From: Candidatus Moraniibacteriota bacterium
GTDB lineage: Bacteria; Patescibacteriota; Minisyncoccia; Moranbacterales; UBA1568
DNA: 64,000 nucleotides
NCBI GenBank assembly: GCA_052034935.1
Contig: JBPOIB010000004.1
Location: 9,896 to 73,895, forward strand
Direction: 5' to 3'
Both the position numbers and the translations under genes were made by a program. Below the pieces are notes generated by a model. It was not told where the DNA came from, searched no databases, and worked only from the letters and a program-made list of their open reading frames with translations. Numbering within the stretch: position 1 is the first letter of the stretch; each line of letters starts with the position of its first letter. This document shows positions 28,404 through 37,501 of the stretch, one piece after another.

Positions 28404-29213
28404 CTAAACCCAGCGCAGCGCAACTACAATATACGAAACCCCTAGAAGTGACAGGGTGGCGAGAAAAAATCGGCGGCCTCGTGACTTGAGCACGGGATCA
28501 GTCGAAATTTCCTTGGAGATGAGGCCGATATTCCGGAAGAGAAAGAGTGTTTCGTACAGTCGAACAATCACCACCCACGCGACAAACATACCGACCAGAA
28601 TACCGAGGCCTGGCATCCATGGATTGGCAAGTTCAGCGGTCGGCGCCGCCGGGCTCTTGGTCAGCCATTTCACCCAACCGGCCCACTTCATATCAAAAAC
28701 GTGGAGTATCGCTAAGAACATCACCAACCGCAAGCCCCAGCGCTGCATGAACCACCAGCGAGCCGGGCCGATGAGTTCGATGAGTTTACGGAACGAGATG
28801 ATGAAGAGGAGAACAAGAAGGATGCTCCCAACTAGTCCCGCTGCCCACTCGAGCGAGGTGAATGAGAGCCATTCCTGGGGGAATTTCTTGGGAAGGAAAT
28901 AATAGGAAATAATCGCATGCGCAAAAATGAAGAAGGCACCGACAATCCCGAGCTCTTTACGGAGCCCCACCCAATAATCAAAACGGTCGAAATAACGACT
29001 GATTGGCCCAATAAGAAAGGTGATAGCAAGAAGCATGATACCGACAGAGGCTAATGCTTTATTTGGAACAAACAGTATATCCGCGGTCAGCGGTGCATCG
29101 AAATAATAGCCACGTCGGATGAGCAGGTAGCAGCTGAAAAGCACAAGAAGAATGGTGGAGACGAAAATCGCCAAAAAATAATCTCGACCGCTGTATGGTT
29201 TGTGTCCTTCCAT
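28404..29213 (-). CDS. MsrQ/ferric-reductase-like transmembrane protein
   Basis: About 7 TM; RKELG...AH, WWFMQR...LH. Confidence 0.7.
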   Translation of the reverse strand: MEGHKPYSGRDYFLAIFVSTILLVLFSCYLLIRRGYYFDAPLTADILFVPNKALASVGIMLLAITFLIGPISRYFDRFDYWVGLRKELGIVGAFFIFAHAIISYYFLPKKFPQEWLSFTSLEWAAGLVGSILLVLLFIISFRKLIELIGPARWWFMQRWGLRLVMFLAILHVFDMKWAGWVKWLTKSPAAPTAELANPWMPGLGILVGMFVAWVVIVRLYETLFLFRNIGLISKEISTDPVLKSRGRRFFLATLSLLGVSYIVVALRWV

Positions 29214-29258
29214 ATGATTGCAAAAGTTATGGTTATTTCGAGTATACACCTTTTCATT

Positions 29259-29963
29259 CTAGACTCGGACACCAACTTCTATGCCAAGAGTTCGGAACCG
29301 CTCGGTGATTTCTTCCATCTCGACGATCGAGAATGGGTGGTAGCGTTCGAAAGCCAGATCAAGAGTAACGCCGCTTCGGAACGTTTGGAGATACAAACGT
29401 TTGGCCCCAAGCAAAAGTGTCTCCATTTCTCGGAGCACTTCCGGCGTATGAACTTCCCGGATAAGCGTCGAACGGAATTCATAGTCGACCCGCCCCTCTT
29501 TCAGAAGCTCGATACTTTCCTGAAGTTTCTTTTCGTTCGCCCCTGACCCGACGAGGGAACGGTACCCCGAAAGACTGGTCTTCACATCCATCGCCACATA
29601 ATCAATGAGACCCTGGTCGATGAGCGTACGCAGCGCTTCCGGCCGGTTCCCATTGGAATCGAGCTTGACTGCAAATCCGAGGGCCCTGACTTTTCGGATA
29701 AATACCTCAAGATCCGGCATGACAGTCGGCTCGCCGCCGGTGATGACTACACCCTGAAGCTTTCCTTGCCGACGTTTCAGGAAATTGAGAACGGCCGCCT
29801 CCGGAATGAAGCTTGGAGCGAGAGCCGTCAGTTTTTCCGGCAGCACGAATTCCGGATTGTGGCAGTAGCCGCAACGGAAATTGCAGCCACCGGTGAAAAC
29901 GATACAGGAGATTTTTCCTGGAAAGTCGAGGAGGGTGAATTTCTGGATGCCGCTAATAATCAT
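29259..29963 (-). CDS. nrdG: Anaerobic ribonucleotide reductase activase (radical SAM)
   Basis: GCNFRCGYCHNP, ITGGEPT, KLDSNG. Confidence 0.92.
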   Translation of the reverse strand: MIISGIQKFTLLDFPGKISCIVFTGGCNFRCGYCHNPEFVLPEKLTALAPSFIPEAAVLNFLKRRQGKLQGVVITGGEPTVMPDLEVFIRKVRALGFAVKLDSNGNRPEALRTLIDQGLIDYVAMDVKTSLSGYRSLVGSGANEKKLQESIELLKEGRVDYEFRSTLIREVHTPEVLREMETLLLGAKRLYLQTFRSGVTLDLAFERYHPFSIVEMEEITERFRTLGIEVGVRV

Positions 29964-29975
29964 CGCCGGAGTCGC

Positions 29976-30182
29976 TTAGGCCAAATATTCCTGACAGAAC
30001 TCATGATTCGCCGCAACGGTTTCGACGAAGTGTTTGCGTGAGTAGTGTTCCGCTTTCTTTCCGATATTGAAGTGGGAGACCGGGCGATGATAACCCATCA
30101 CGCGCGTCCATACCTCACAACGCGTGCGTTGTTCATTGGTGCTCGATACAACTTCCTGTCTCGCCGCTGATACTTTGATCAT
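29976..30182 (-). CDS. Free-standing NrdD C-terminal glycyl-radical domain
   Basis: RCEVWTRVMGYHRPV...FNIGKKAE. Confidence 0.85.
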   Translation of the reverse strand: MIKVSAARQEVVSSTNEQRTRCEVWTRVMGYHRPVSHFNIGKKAEHYSRKHFVETVAANHEFCQEYLA

Positions 30183-30213
30183 ATACTTGGCTTTTTATAT
30201 GGATTATTTTGTA

Positions 30214-32331
30214 TTATTTTTCTGCCTGTGTGCTCGCGTATGTCTTGCGCAATTCGACATCAAAACGTTCGCCCTCCCCGATTCCAAGCTCTCCATCGCA
30301 TTTCGGACAAAAGTCGTGCTCGCCGTCGAGATAGCCATGCTTCGGGCAGATAGAGAACGTCGGCGTGATCGTGATGTACGGCAGTCGGAAATTCGTGAGG
30401 ATACTTCGCACCAGATTGCGGCAGGCTTCCCCAGAACTCACCCGCTCGTTCATGTAACAGTGCAGCACCGTCCCGCCAGTATATTTGGTCTGGAGCGTGT
30501 CTTGAAGCTCAAGGACCTCGAAAACATCATCCGTGTAGCCAACCGGCAGCTGAGACGAATTCGTATAGTACGGTGCTTCCGTCGTCCCCGCCTGCAGGAT
30601 ATCCGGGAAGCGCTTCCGATCCTCTTTGGCAAAGCGGTAGGTCGTCCCTTCGGCCGGTGTCGCTTCGAGGTTGTAATAGTTCCCCGTCTCCTCCTGATAG
30701 TCCTTGATTTTTTCTCGCATGAAATCAAGCACCTCAACCGCAAATGCCTGTCCCTTCGGCGTCGCGATATTCTCCCGGTCTTCGGTGAAATTTCGGATCG
30801 CCTCGTTCAACCCGTTGATACCAATCGTTGAGAAGTGATTCTTCAGGTAGCCCAGATAGCGTTTCGTGTACGGGAATAATCCCCGGTCGATCCACTTCTG
30901 GATTTCTGCGCGCTTAATCTCGAGTGACTGCCGGGCGAGACCCATAAGATGGTCGACCCGCTTCAGGAACGCCTCCTTGTCGCCCCGGCACAAGTAGCCG
31001 ATGCGTGCGGCGTTGATTGTAACAACGCCGATTGACCCAGTCATCTCCGCCGAGCCGAACAACCCGCCGCCGCGCTTCCGGAGCTCTCGCAAATCAAGCT
31101 GCAGCCGGCAGCACATCGACCGGACATCACCCGGATTGAGATCGGAGTTCACGAAGTTCTGGAAATACGGCGTTCCATACTTCGCCGTCATCTCGAACAG
31201 TGGGAGATTCTTTGGATCGTCCCACTGGAAATCCTTCGTCACATTGTAGGTTGGGATCGGAAAGGTGAACGTCCGCCCCTTAGCATCACCCTTCGACATG
31301 ACGGCGATGAAAGCACGATTGATGATGTCCATCTCCCTCTGGAGCTGTCCGAACGTGTAGCCGAACGGCTTGCCACCAAGGAGAAGCCGTTTCTCCTGCA
31401 TATCAGCCGGACAGTCCCAGTCGAGCGTAATATTCGTAAACGGGGTCTGTGTCCCCCAGCGCGATGGGATATTCAGATTGAAGACAAATGACTGGACGTT
31501 CTGGTAGACGTACTCGTAAACCTTGTCGGTGATGTAGCGTTCTACCGACTCCGTATCCTTGAATTCGACATCATAGCCCTCCAGATCAGCACGCATCTCC
31601 AATTCATATTTCTTCACAAATGGCGCCAGGTAGGTGTCGAAACTCGAGAAGGCTTGTGCGCCGGCCCACTCGTTCTGGAGCGTACCGAGAAAGTTCACCA
31701 TCTGAGCAACCGCCGAGGAGAGGTGCTGCGGCGGACCCGATTCGATCTTGTTCTCGACTCCGTTGAATCCTTCTTCGAGGAGTACTCGCAGACTCCAGCC
31801 GGCACAGTAACCCGAAAACATGTCGAGATCATGAATATGGTAGTCCCCATTGCGGTGCGCATCGCCGACCGCTTTCGGGTAGATATGCGACAGCCAGTAA
31901 TTGGCGATGACGCTACCGGCCGTGTTCAAAATCATCCCGCCGAGTGAGTAGCCCTGATTGGAGTTCGCATTCACGCGCCAGTCAAGCTTCTCCAAATACT
32001 CGGAAACAGTCTTTTCTACCTGGACGACCACGTTACGGTCTTCGCGCACCTCGCGCCGCTTCTCACGGTAGAGGATATATGCCTTCGCCACATCGGCATA
32101 GTCGTAGCGGATAAGTGTCTCCTCGACGATATCCTGGATGTCTTCGACGGTCGGGATCCGATCGCCAAAACGTTCTTCGGAGAGGGCTGCAACATCAATC
32201 GCGATGATTTTTGCCCGCTCCGGCTCAACTGTCCGAATACTCTCGAGGGCCTTCTGGATGGCGCGTTCTATTTTATTGAGCTCGAAATCGACGATGGCAC
32301 CATTCCGCTTCTGGATCTTATAGAGAGGCAT
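30214..32331 (-). CDS. nrdD: Class III ribonucleoside-triphosphate reductase (ATP cone plus catalytic barrel, no Gly-radical loop)
   Basis: IQKRNG ATP cone, HIHDL, RSMCCRL, EATPAEG, YTGGTVLH, CPKHG...CPKC. Confidence 0.93.
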   Translation of the reverse strand: MPLYKIQKRNGAIVDFELNKIERAIQKALESIRTVEPERAKIIAIDVAALSEERFGDRIPTVEDIQDIVEETLIRYDYADVAKAYILYREKRREVREDRNVVVQVEKTVSEYLEKLDWRVNANSNQGYSLGGMILNTAGSVIANYWLSHIYPKAVGDAHRNGDYHIHDLDMFSGYCAGWSLRVLLEEGFNGVENKIESGPPQHLSSAVAQMVNFLGTLQNEWAGAQAFSSFDTYLAPFVKKYELEMRADLEGYDVEFKDTESVERYITDKVYEYVYQNVQSFVFNLNIPSRWGTQTPFTNITLDWDCPADMQEKRLLLGGKPFGYTFGQLQREMDIINRAFIAVMSKGDAKGRTFTFPIPTYNVTKDFQWDDPKNLPLFEMTAKYGTPYFQNFVNSDLNPGDVRSMCCRLQLDLRELRKRGGGLFGSAEMTGSIGVVTINAARIGYLCRGDKEAFLKRVDHLMGLARQSLEIKRAEIQKWIDRGLFPYTKRYLGYLKNHFSTIGINGLNEAIRNFTEDRENIATPKGQAFAVEVLDFMREKIKDYQEETGNYYNLEATPAEGTTYRFAKEDRKRFPDILQAGTTEAPYYTNSSQLPVGYTDDVFEVLELQDTLQTKYTGGTVLHCYMNERVSSGEACRNLVRSILTNFRLPYITITPTFSICPKHGYLDGEHDFCPKCDGELGIGEGERFDVELRKTYASTQAEK

Positions 32332-32405
32332 AGTTTGATATTTGATTAACAGTCTCTACTTCTCTAAACACACAGAAACAAAAAAGGTGTCGTTTGACAC
32401 CAAAA

Positions 32406-32421
32406 ACACTATCTATAGTAT
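32406..32421. promoter_or_regulatory. Probable NrdR box
   Basis: ACACTATCTATAGTAT matches 14/16 of consensus ACACWATATATWGTGT, upstream of nrdD. Confidence 0.65.
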
Positions 32422-32434
32422 TTTTTATCACCGG

Positions 32435-33481
32435 CTAGACACTACCAAGGAGCGGCCGGATCTTTTTCCTCGCCCGAGACAAGAGAATCTTGGCGGCATT
32501 TTCCGAAATCTCCAGTCCCCGGCTGATTTCCCGGACCGAGAAGCCTTCCCGATAATACGCTGAGAGAACCGTCCTTTCTCGATAGCTCAACTCCGGCGTC
32601 TCCCAGACCCAGGAGAGATCAGCAGCGGTGCGGCTATCCGGTAAACTCAAGTCAGCTGCAAGTTCAAGCATCGGTTTCTGACGATAGGTATTGAGGAGTA
32701 GACTATGCGCAATCCGAAGAAGATAGGTACTATAGGCGGCATTCCGGACTTCATAGCCCTCCAGTCGCTCGAAAGCACGGACAAACGTATCCTGCGTCAA
32801 ATCAAGAATCTGGTCCTCCTGACCAGCCAGATGCTGATTGAAGTAATTCCGGACAGTCGCATAATACTTCTCATACAGCCGCTGAAACTGCCGTGGATCG
32901 CCCTGCGCGGCTTCAACCAGTACTCGGTCATCGAAACGCGCCGCGAAGCGAGCGCGGACCGGCACCACCCAGGCCGTCTCGATCCAGTCAGCAAAGAGGC
33001 CGGGCTCATCAGCACCTGGGAGAGTCTCCTGAGGAAACCAGCGTTGGAGCCAAGGGATGGCCTTTTTTGCCGATAGTCTGGGTTGATTGAACAATCCACG
33101 CCATTCCTCGATGAACTGATCTTGATTCTCAAGCGACTGAGGACGGAGCGCAAGGTAGCGCCTCACTCTATTCGCGCGCTGAAGCGGAGCGACAGCAAGA
33201 AGCTCACGGTATGCTTTCCCATCCTTGTTTTGATTGGTCACTGTTCCAGAAAAGGGCTGATTTCTATCCCGGATCGATTGCCACATCGTATCGTAATACG
33301 GCCGCGGCATGCGTCCGCCCCACAGCTTCCCCGGCTTCGAATCGATGATTTCCGCCACCGAAAATCCGGTCCGACGGGCGATACCGTCATTGGCATAGAG
33401 CGCGATGCCCTGATCATCCGTCACGAGAATATTCCCGAAGATCGATCGAGCTGGCTCAAGGATTGTAGCGATCTGTGTCAT
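32435..33481 (-). CDS. PAS-domain/ECF sigma factor fusion
   Basis: N-terminal PAS (VTDDQG..LYAN..TGFS..W..N.NKDG..Y); C-terminal sigma2 (DLTQDTFVRAF, TYLLRIAH) and sigma4 (LSYRER..EGFSVREI..LSRARKK). Confidence 0.85.
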   Translation of the reverse strand: MTQIATILEPARSIFGNILVTDDQGIALYANDGIARRTGFSVAEIIDSKPGKLWGGRMPRPYYDTMWQSIRDRNQPFSGTVTNQNKDGKAYRELLAVAPLQRANRVRRYLALRPQSLENQDQFIEEWRGLFNQPRLSAKKAIPWLQRWFPQETLPGADEPGLFADWIETAWVVPVRARFAARFDDRVLVEAAQGDPRQFQRLYEKYYATVRNYFNQHLAGQEDQILDLTQDTFVRAFERLEGYEVRNAAYSTYLLRIAHSLLLNTYRQKPMLELAADLSLPDSRTAADLSWVWETPELSYRERTVLSAYYREGFSVREISRGLEISENAAKILLSRARKKIRPLLGSV

Positions 33482-33583
33482 ATAAAAAAGCCTGTATTCC
33501 TGCTCACAAACACGAACCGACAGCGATTCACGTTTCGCTTCTCAGACTGTATAATAGCATTGTCAATATTTGAGCCAAACGCT

Positions 33584-34585
33584 ATGCGCATCGCTTTTTT
33601 CGAGATTCAGGACTGGGAAAAATCAGTGCTCGAGGCCCGCTTTTCCGGCCACGTACTGCACTTCTCCACGAAGCCCTTAGATGAAAGCTCTCTCGAAGAC
33701 ATCCGGGAATGCGAGGTACTCTCTGTCTTCATTTATAGTCGTGTCACCAAGGCGATTCTTGATCAACTTCCTCATCTCAAACTCATCGTTACGCGCTCTA
33801 CCGGCTACGACCACATCGATGTTGCTGATGCCAAAGAGCGCGGCATCACCGTCACGAATGTTCCGACCTACGGCGAGAACACAGTCGCAGAGCATGCCTT
33901 CGCGCTCATCCTCGCGCTCTCTCGAAACGTCCACAAGTCCCATGTCCGTCGGTTGCGGAATAATTTTTCTATCGAGGGCCTCAAAGGTTTTGACCTAAAG
34001 GATAAGACAATCGGTGTCATCGGCGCTGGCAAGATCGGCCTCCATGTCATCAAGATCGCCCGCGGCTTCGGCATGCGCATTCTCGCGTTTGATGCCTATC
34101 AAAACACCTTTCTCTCCGAAGTGCTCGGCTATGAGTATGTCTCACTTGAAAAACTCTTCGCCGAATCCGACATCATCACCCTCCATACGCCGTATCTGCC
34201 AGCGACCCACCACCTCATCAATGAGAAAAATATCGAGCTCATCAAGCGCGGCGCTATCCTCATCAATACTGCTCGGGGCGAACTCGTCGACAATGACGCG
34301 CTCATTCATGGCCTCGACTCAGGTATCCTGGCCGGCGTCGGCCTCGACGTCATCGAAGGCGAGCATCTCATCCGCGAAGAAAAAGAGCTTCTCACCGAGA
34401 ACCGAAAACCCGAAGAGCTCCAGGAGCTCGTCAAAGACCATATCCTTCTCGGCCGCGATGATGTCGTCTACACGCCCCATATCGCCTTTTATTCAGAAGA
34501 GGCGCTGCACCGAATCCTCAATACCACGATCGAGAATATCGAGTGTTACGCGACTGGCCAGTGCCAAAATACTATTAAGCCATAG
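33584..34585 (+). CDS. D-isomer 2-hydroxyacid (D-lactate-like) dehydrogenase
   Basis: RSTGYDHID, VAEH, GAGKIG, INTARG, LDV.E.E, TPHIAF. Confidence 0.92.
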   Translation: MRIAFFEIQDWEKSVLEARFSGHVLHFSTKPLDESSLEDIRECEVLSVFIYSRVTKAILDQLPHLKLIVTRSTGYDHIDVADAKERGITVTNVPTYGENTVAEHAFALILALSRNVHKSHVRRLRNNFSIEGLKGFDLKDKTIGVIGAGKIGLHVIKIARGFGMRILAFDAYQNTFLSEVLGYEYVSLEKLFAESDIITLHTPYLPATHHLINEKNIELIKRGAILINTARGELVDNDALIHGLDSGILAGVGLDVIEGEHLIREEKELLTENRKPEELQELVKDHILLGRDDVVYTPHIAFYSEEALHRILNTTIENIECYATGQCQNTIKP

Positions 34586-35051
34586 CGACAGCCAGCTTCT
34601 CGATGACCGCGGCTTCAGCAGCTGTCATCGGGGTAATAGAGAGCCGATTCCCAGGACGAAGGATGACGAGCCCTTGAAGGCTCTTTTCCTGCCGAAGTGC
34701 CGTGAGTGAGACAACTTGCCTGAAGCGTCTTTTGAATTTCACATCCACCAAAATCCAGGGCGGATTCTCTTCCGTCGCTTTCGGGTCGAAATAGAGGCTC
34801 TTCGGATCGAATTGCGTCGCATCAGGATACGGTTTCCCGACCACTTCAGCGAGTCCGGCTACGCCCGGCTCCGGACAACTCGAGTGATAGAAAAGCACGG
34901 TGTCCCCTGGCCGCATCAGGTCGCGCATAAAGTTCCGCGCCTGATAATTCCGCACTCCATACCAGGGCGCCTGTCTGTCGCGAGCCAAATCATCGATCGA
35001 GTACTCGCTCGGCTCGCTCTTCATGACCCAGTATTGCTTAGTTGTTTTCAT
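34575..35051 (-). CDS. EVE domain protein
   Basis: YWVMKSEP, WYGVRNYQARNFMR, FYHS, RLSI. Confidence 0.92.
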   Translation of the reverse strand: MKTTKQYWVMKSEPSEYSIDDLARDRQAPWYGVRNYQARNFMRDLMRPGDTVLFYHSSCPEPGVAGLAEVVGKPYPDATQFDPKSLYFDPKATEENPPWILVDVKFKRRFRQVVSLTALRQEKSLQGLVILRPGNRLSITPMTAAEAAVIEKLAVAMA

Positions 35052-35146
35052 AGCGTGAAGTATAGCAAAAGAAAAAGCCCGGCCGCCGGATGGCGACTGG
35101 GCTCTGCTAACGATGACGCATTGGTCAAATGCTCGGCGGATTCGGT

Positions 35147-36238
35147 TCAGAAAACGATCTGCTTCGGCATGATGTTGACGGAGGACTGTGTCGCATCGTA
35201 GACATTGCCGGCATAGAGCGCTCCAGGCAGGCCGCGAGCGGCGGCGATGGCGATGACCTGCTCGACGTGCTCTTGTGGCAGGTAGCAGGCAAAGCCGGCG
35301 CCCATGTTGTAGGCACCGAACATCTGCTCGTCAGAAAGCCCCATGCCTGACTGGATGAACGGGAAGATCTCCGGAACTTCCGGCATCGACCTGATGACAT
35401 ACTCGAACGGCTTCGGATGCCGCATCACCTTGCGCCAGCCGTGCCCGGTCATGTTGGCCAGGTAGTGGAGGGGGATGTCAGCATCGAGACAGTCCACCAC
35501 CACGTTGACATAGAGATGTGTCGGATCGAGCAGCACCTCGCCGAACATGCGTCCGCTCGGAAGCCGGGTGAGATAGCCATCGGGCAGCTTCGCGGCGAGC
35601 TTCCGGGCCGTGGAGAGACCGTTGGCGTGAATGCCGGACGATGGGAGAAACACGATGGCATCGCCTGACTGGAGACTGCTGCCGTCGATGTACGGCCACG
35701 CCGCCGGCATCACCGAAGTTACCACCACCGCCATGTCGGTCTCCTTGGGCAGAACGATGCCCGCGAGTGCTGGCGTCTCGCCGCCGCCCCAGGTGCAGCT
35801 GATGCTGTCGCAGGCCGCCCGGTAGCCTTCCATGATCGCCGTGACCCGGGCCAGATCATCGAACCAGTCCGAGTGACCGGCGGCGTGGTACGGCTGCATG
35901 ATCTGTGGCGGCTGCCCGGAAGTCACGACATCGTTGGCCGCCATCGCGAGCGTGTCCTGGCCGAGTCCGAAGAAGTACTGGGAATCGCCGGTGTGCCTGT
36001 ACATGGCTTGGGCCACGGCGCTCTTGGTTCCGAGGCACTCGATCGTCTGCGTCAACCGGTCGCCGTTCGACAACTGGATGGCGTAATAGCTCTGGCCGCG
36101 GCAGCCCGGAATTTCTCGCATCCCCCAGCGGGCGAGGTGCCGGGCTGTCAAAGCAGCCTGCTCACGGGCGATGACCGTAGCCGGATCGATGAGGTCATAG
36201 TTCACGCCCGAGGCCAGGTTCACTTGTGGCTCTGTCAT
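35147..36238 (-). CDS. purM: PurM/AIR-synthase family protein
   Basis: LGTK, AMAAND, GGETPAL, SSGIHANG, LLDPTHLY, NMTGHGW, YNMGAG. Confidence 0.78.
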   Translation of the reverse strand: MTEPQVNLASGVNYDLIDPATVIAREQAALTARHLARWGMREIPGCRGQSYYAIQLSNGDRLTQTIECLGTKSAVAQAMYRHTGDSQYFFGLGQDTLAMAANDVVTSGQPPQIMQPYHAAGHSDWFDDLARVTAIMEGYRAACDSISCTWGGGETPALAGIVLPKETDMAVVVTSVMPAAWPYIDGSSLQSGDAIVFLPSSGIHANGLSTARKLAAKLPDGYLTRLPSGRMFGEVLLDPTHLYVNVVVDCLDADIPLHYLANMTGHGWRKVMRHPKPFEYVIRSMPEVPEIFPFIQSGMGLSDEQMFGAYNMGAGFACYLPQEHVEQVIAIAAARGLPGALYAGNVYDATQSSVNIMPKQIVF

Positions 36239-36391
36239 GAGGAAATCTCCTGTTTTCAAGGTTTGTTCAACCGGACCATCCAGCCAAACATGGCCCCACC
36301 CTATCGGGAATTAGACTGATGGTCAAGTGTACTCCGGCCGGGAAATTTGCCTGAAAACCGGCCTTCGCCTAGAATGGCTCTCTATATAATT

Positions 36392-37483
36392 ATGAACGAG
36401 TCATTCGCCTTCCATCTCCTGAACTCCCTCCCCGGCTGCGGCGCCAAGACCATCCGCTTCTTGGTCGGAGCCTTCGGATCCGCGGAAGCTGCTTGGGAAG
36501 CCCCAGAATCCGATTGGATCACCCTAGGACAGTCTCGTCTCGTCACTATCGCGAGCGAGCGATCCGGCATCGATGAAGAAAGAGAAAAGGAGTTGCTCGA
36601 GAAAAGTCAGATTACCATTATCCCCTTCACTGATCCTGATTTTCCCACTCTCCTTGCTGAAATTACCGATCCACCAGCACTGATCTATATCCGCGGTACC
36701 TATCGCGATTGGAACACGAAACCGCATATCGCTATCGTCGGATCGCGTAAATCAACCAACTATGGGAAACAGGTTGCTCAAGAGCTTTCCCGAGCACTCG
36801 CGAAAGCTGGGTACACGGTTATTTCCGGTCTCGCCTTTGGAATTGATGCTATCGCTCATGAAGCGACACTTGAAGCGCATGGATCAACGATCGCTATCCT
36901 TGGCAGCGGTATCGATGATGCCTCCATTTCTCCGCAAAGCCACCTTCGGCTCGCTCAGGATATCCTCAAAACCGGAGCACTTATCTCCGAACTCGGACCA
37001 GGGACGAACGCGAGCACCGGGACGTTTCCGGCACGGAACCGCATCATGGCCGGACTCTGCCAGGGTGTAATTGTCGTCGAAGCGGCTGAAGAATCCGGTT
37101 CGCTTATCACGGCGCGGCTCGCGCTCGACTACAATCGCGAAGTCTTCGCCGTACCAGGTTCGATCTTTTCTCCCGCCTCAACCGGCACCCACCTCCTCCT
37201 GAAGCAAGGAGCAAAGCTCGTGACCGGCATTCAAGACATCTTGAGTGAGCTCGAAGGTTCGCTTGTCCCAATCAAAGAGACTCCACAAAAACAAGAGCTG
37301 CCCACTCTCGAACCCGACGAAGAGCGTGTCTATGCCGCGCTCACTCATGAAGGACTTCACATTGACAATGTCATCGCCGCCGCTAGACTGGAGACAACCC
37401 GTGTGAATATGATTCTCACCAAGCTCGAGCTCCGCGGTCTTGCCAAAAATATCGGGAACATGCATTATACGCGCGGACGCTAA
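36392..37483 (+). CDS. dprA: DNA-processing protein DprA
   Basis: IVGSR, ISGLAFGIDA.AH, FPARNRIMAG, SGSLITA. Confidence 0.95.
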   Translation: MNESFAFHLLNSLPGCGAKTIRFLVGAFGSAEAAWEAPESDWITLGQSRLVTIASERSGIDEEREKELLEKSQITIIPFTDPDFPTLLAEITDPPALIYIRGTYRDWNTKPHIAIVGSRKSTNYGKQVAQELSRALAKAGYTVISGLAFGIDAIAHEATLEAHGSTIAILGSGIDDASISPQSHLRLAQDILKTGALISELGPGTNASTGTFPARNRIMAGLCQGVIVVEAAEESGSLITARLALDYNREVFAVPGSIFSPASTGTHLLLKQGAKLVTGIQDILSELEGSLVPIKETPQKQELPTLEPDEERVYAALTHEGLHIDNVIAAARLETTRVNMILTKLELRGLAKNIGNMHYTRGR

Positions 37484-37501
37484 CCCACACCTACCTCTTT
37501 C

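Noticed and set aside
30183-30216. Frameshift or pseudogene explanation for the split nrdD
   Set aside because: Stops occur in the downstream frame within the gap, and both parts keep their key motifs.
33495-33535. Autoregulatory ECF promoter (GAAAC...CGTG) upstream of the PAS-sigma gene
   Set aside because: A single weak match with no convincing second copy in the window.
33083-33583. N-terminal extension of the 500-aa dehydrogenase ORF, and similar extensions on ychF, the PilB-like gene, ZIP and uvrB
   Set aside because: They overlap neighbouring genes or promoters; family homology begins at later ATGs.
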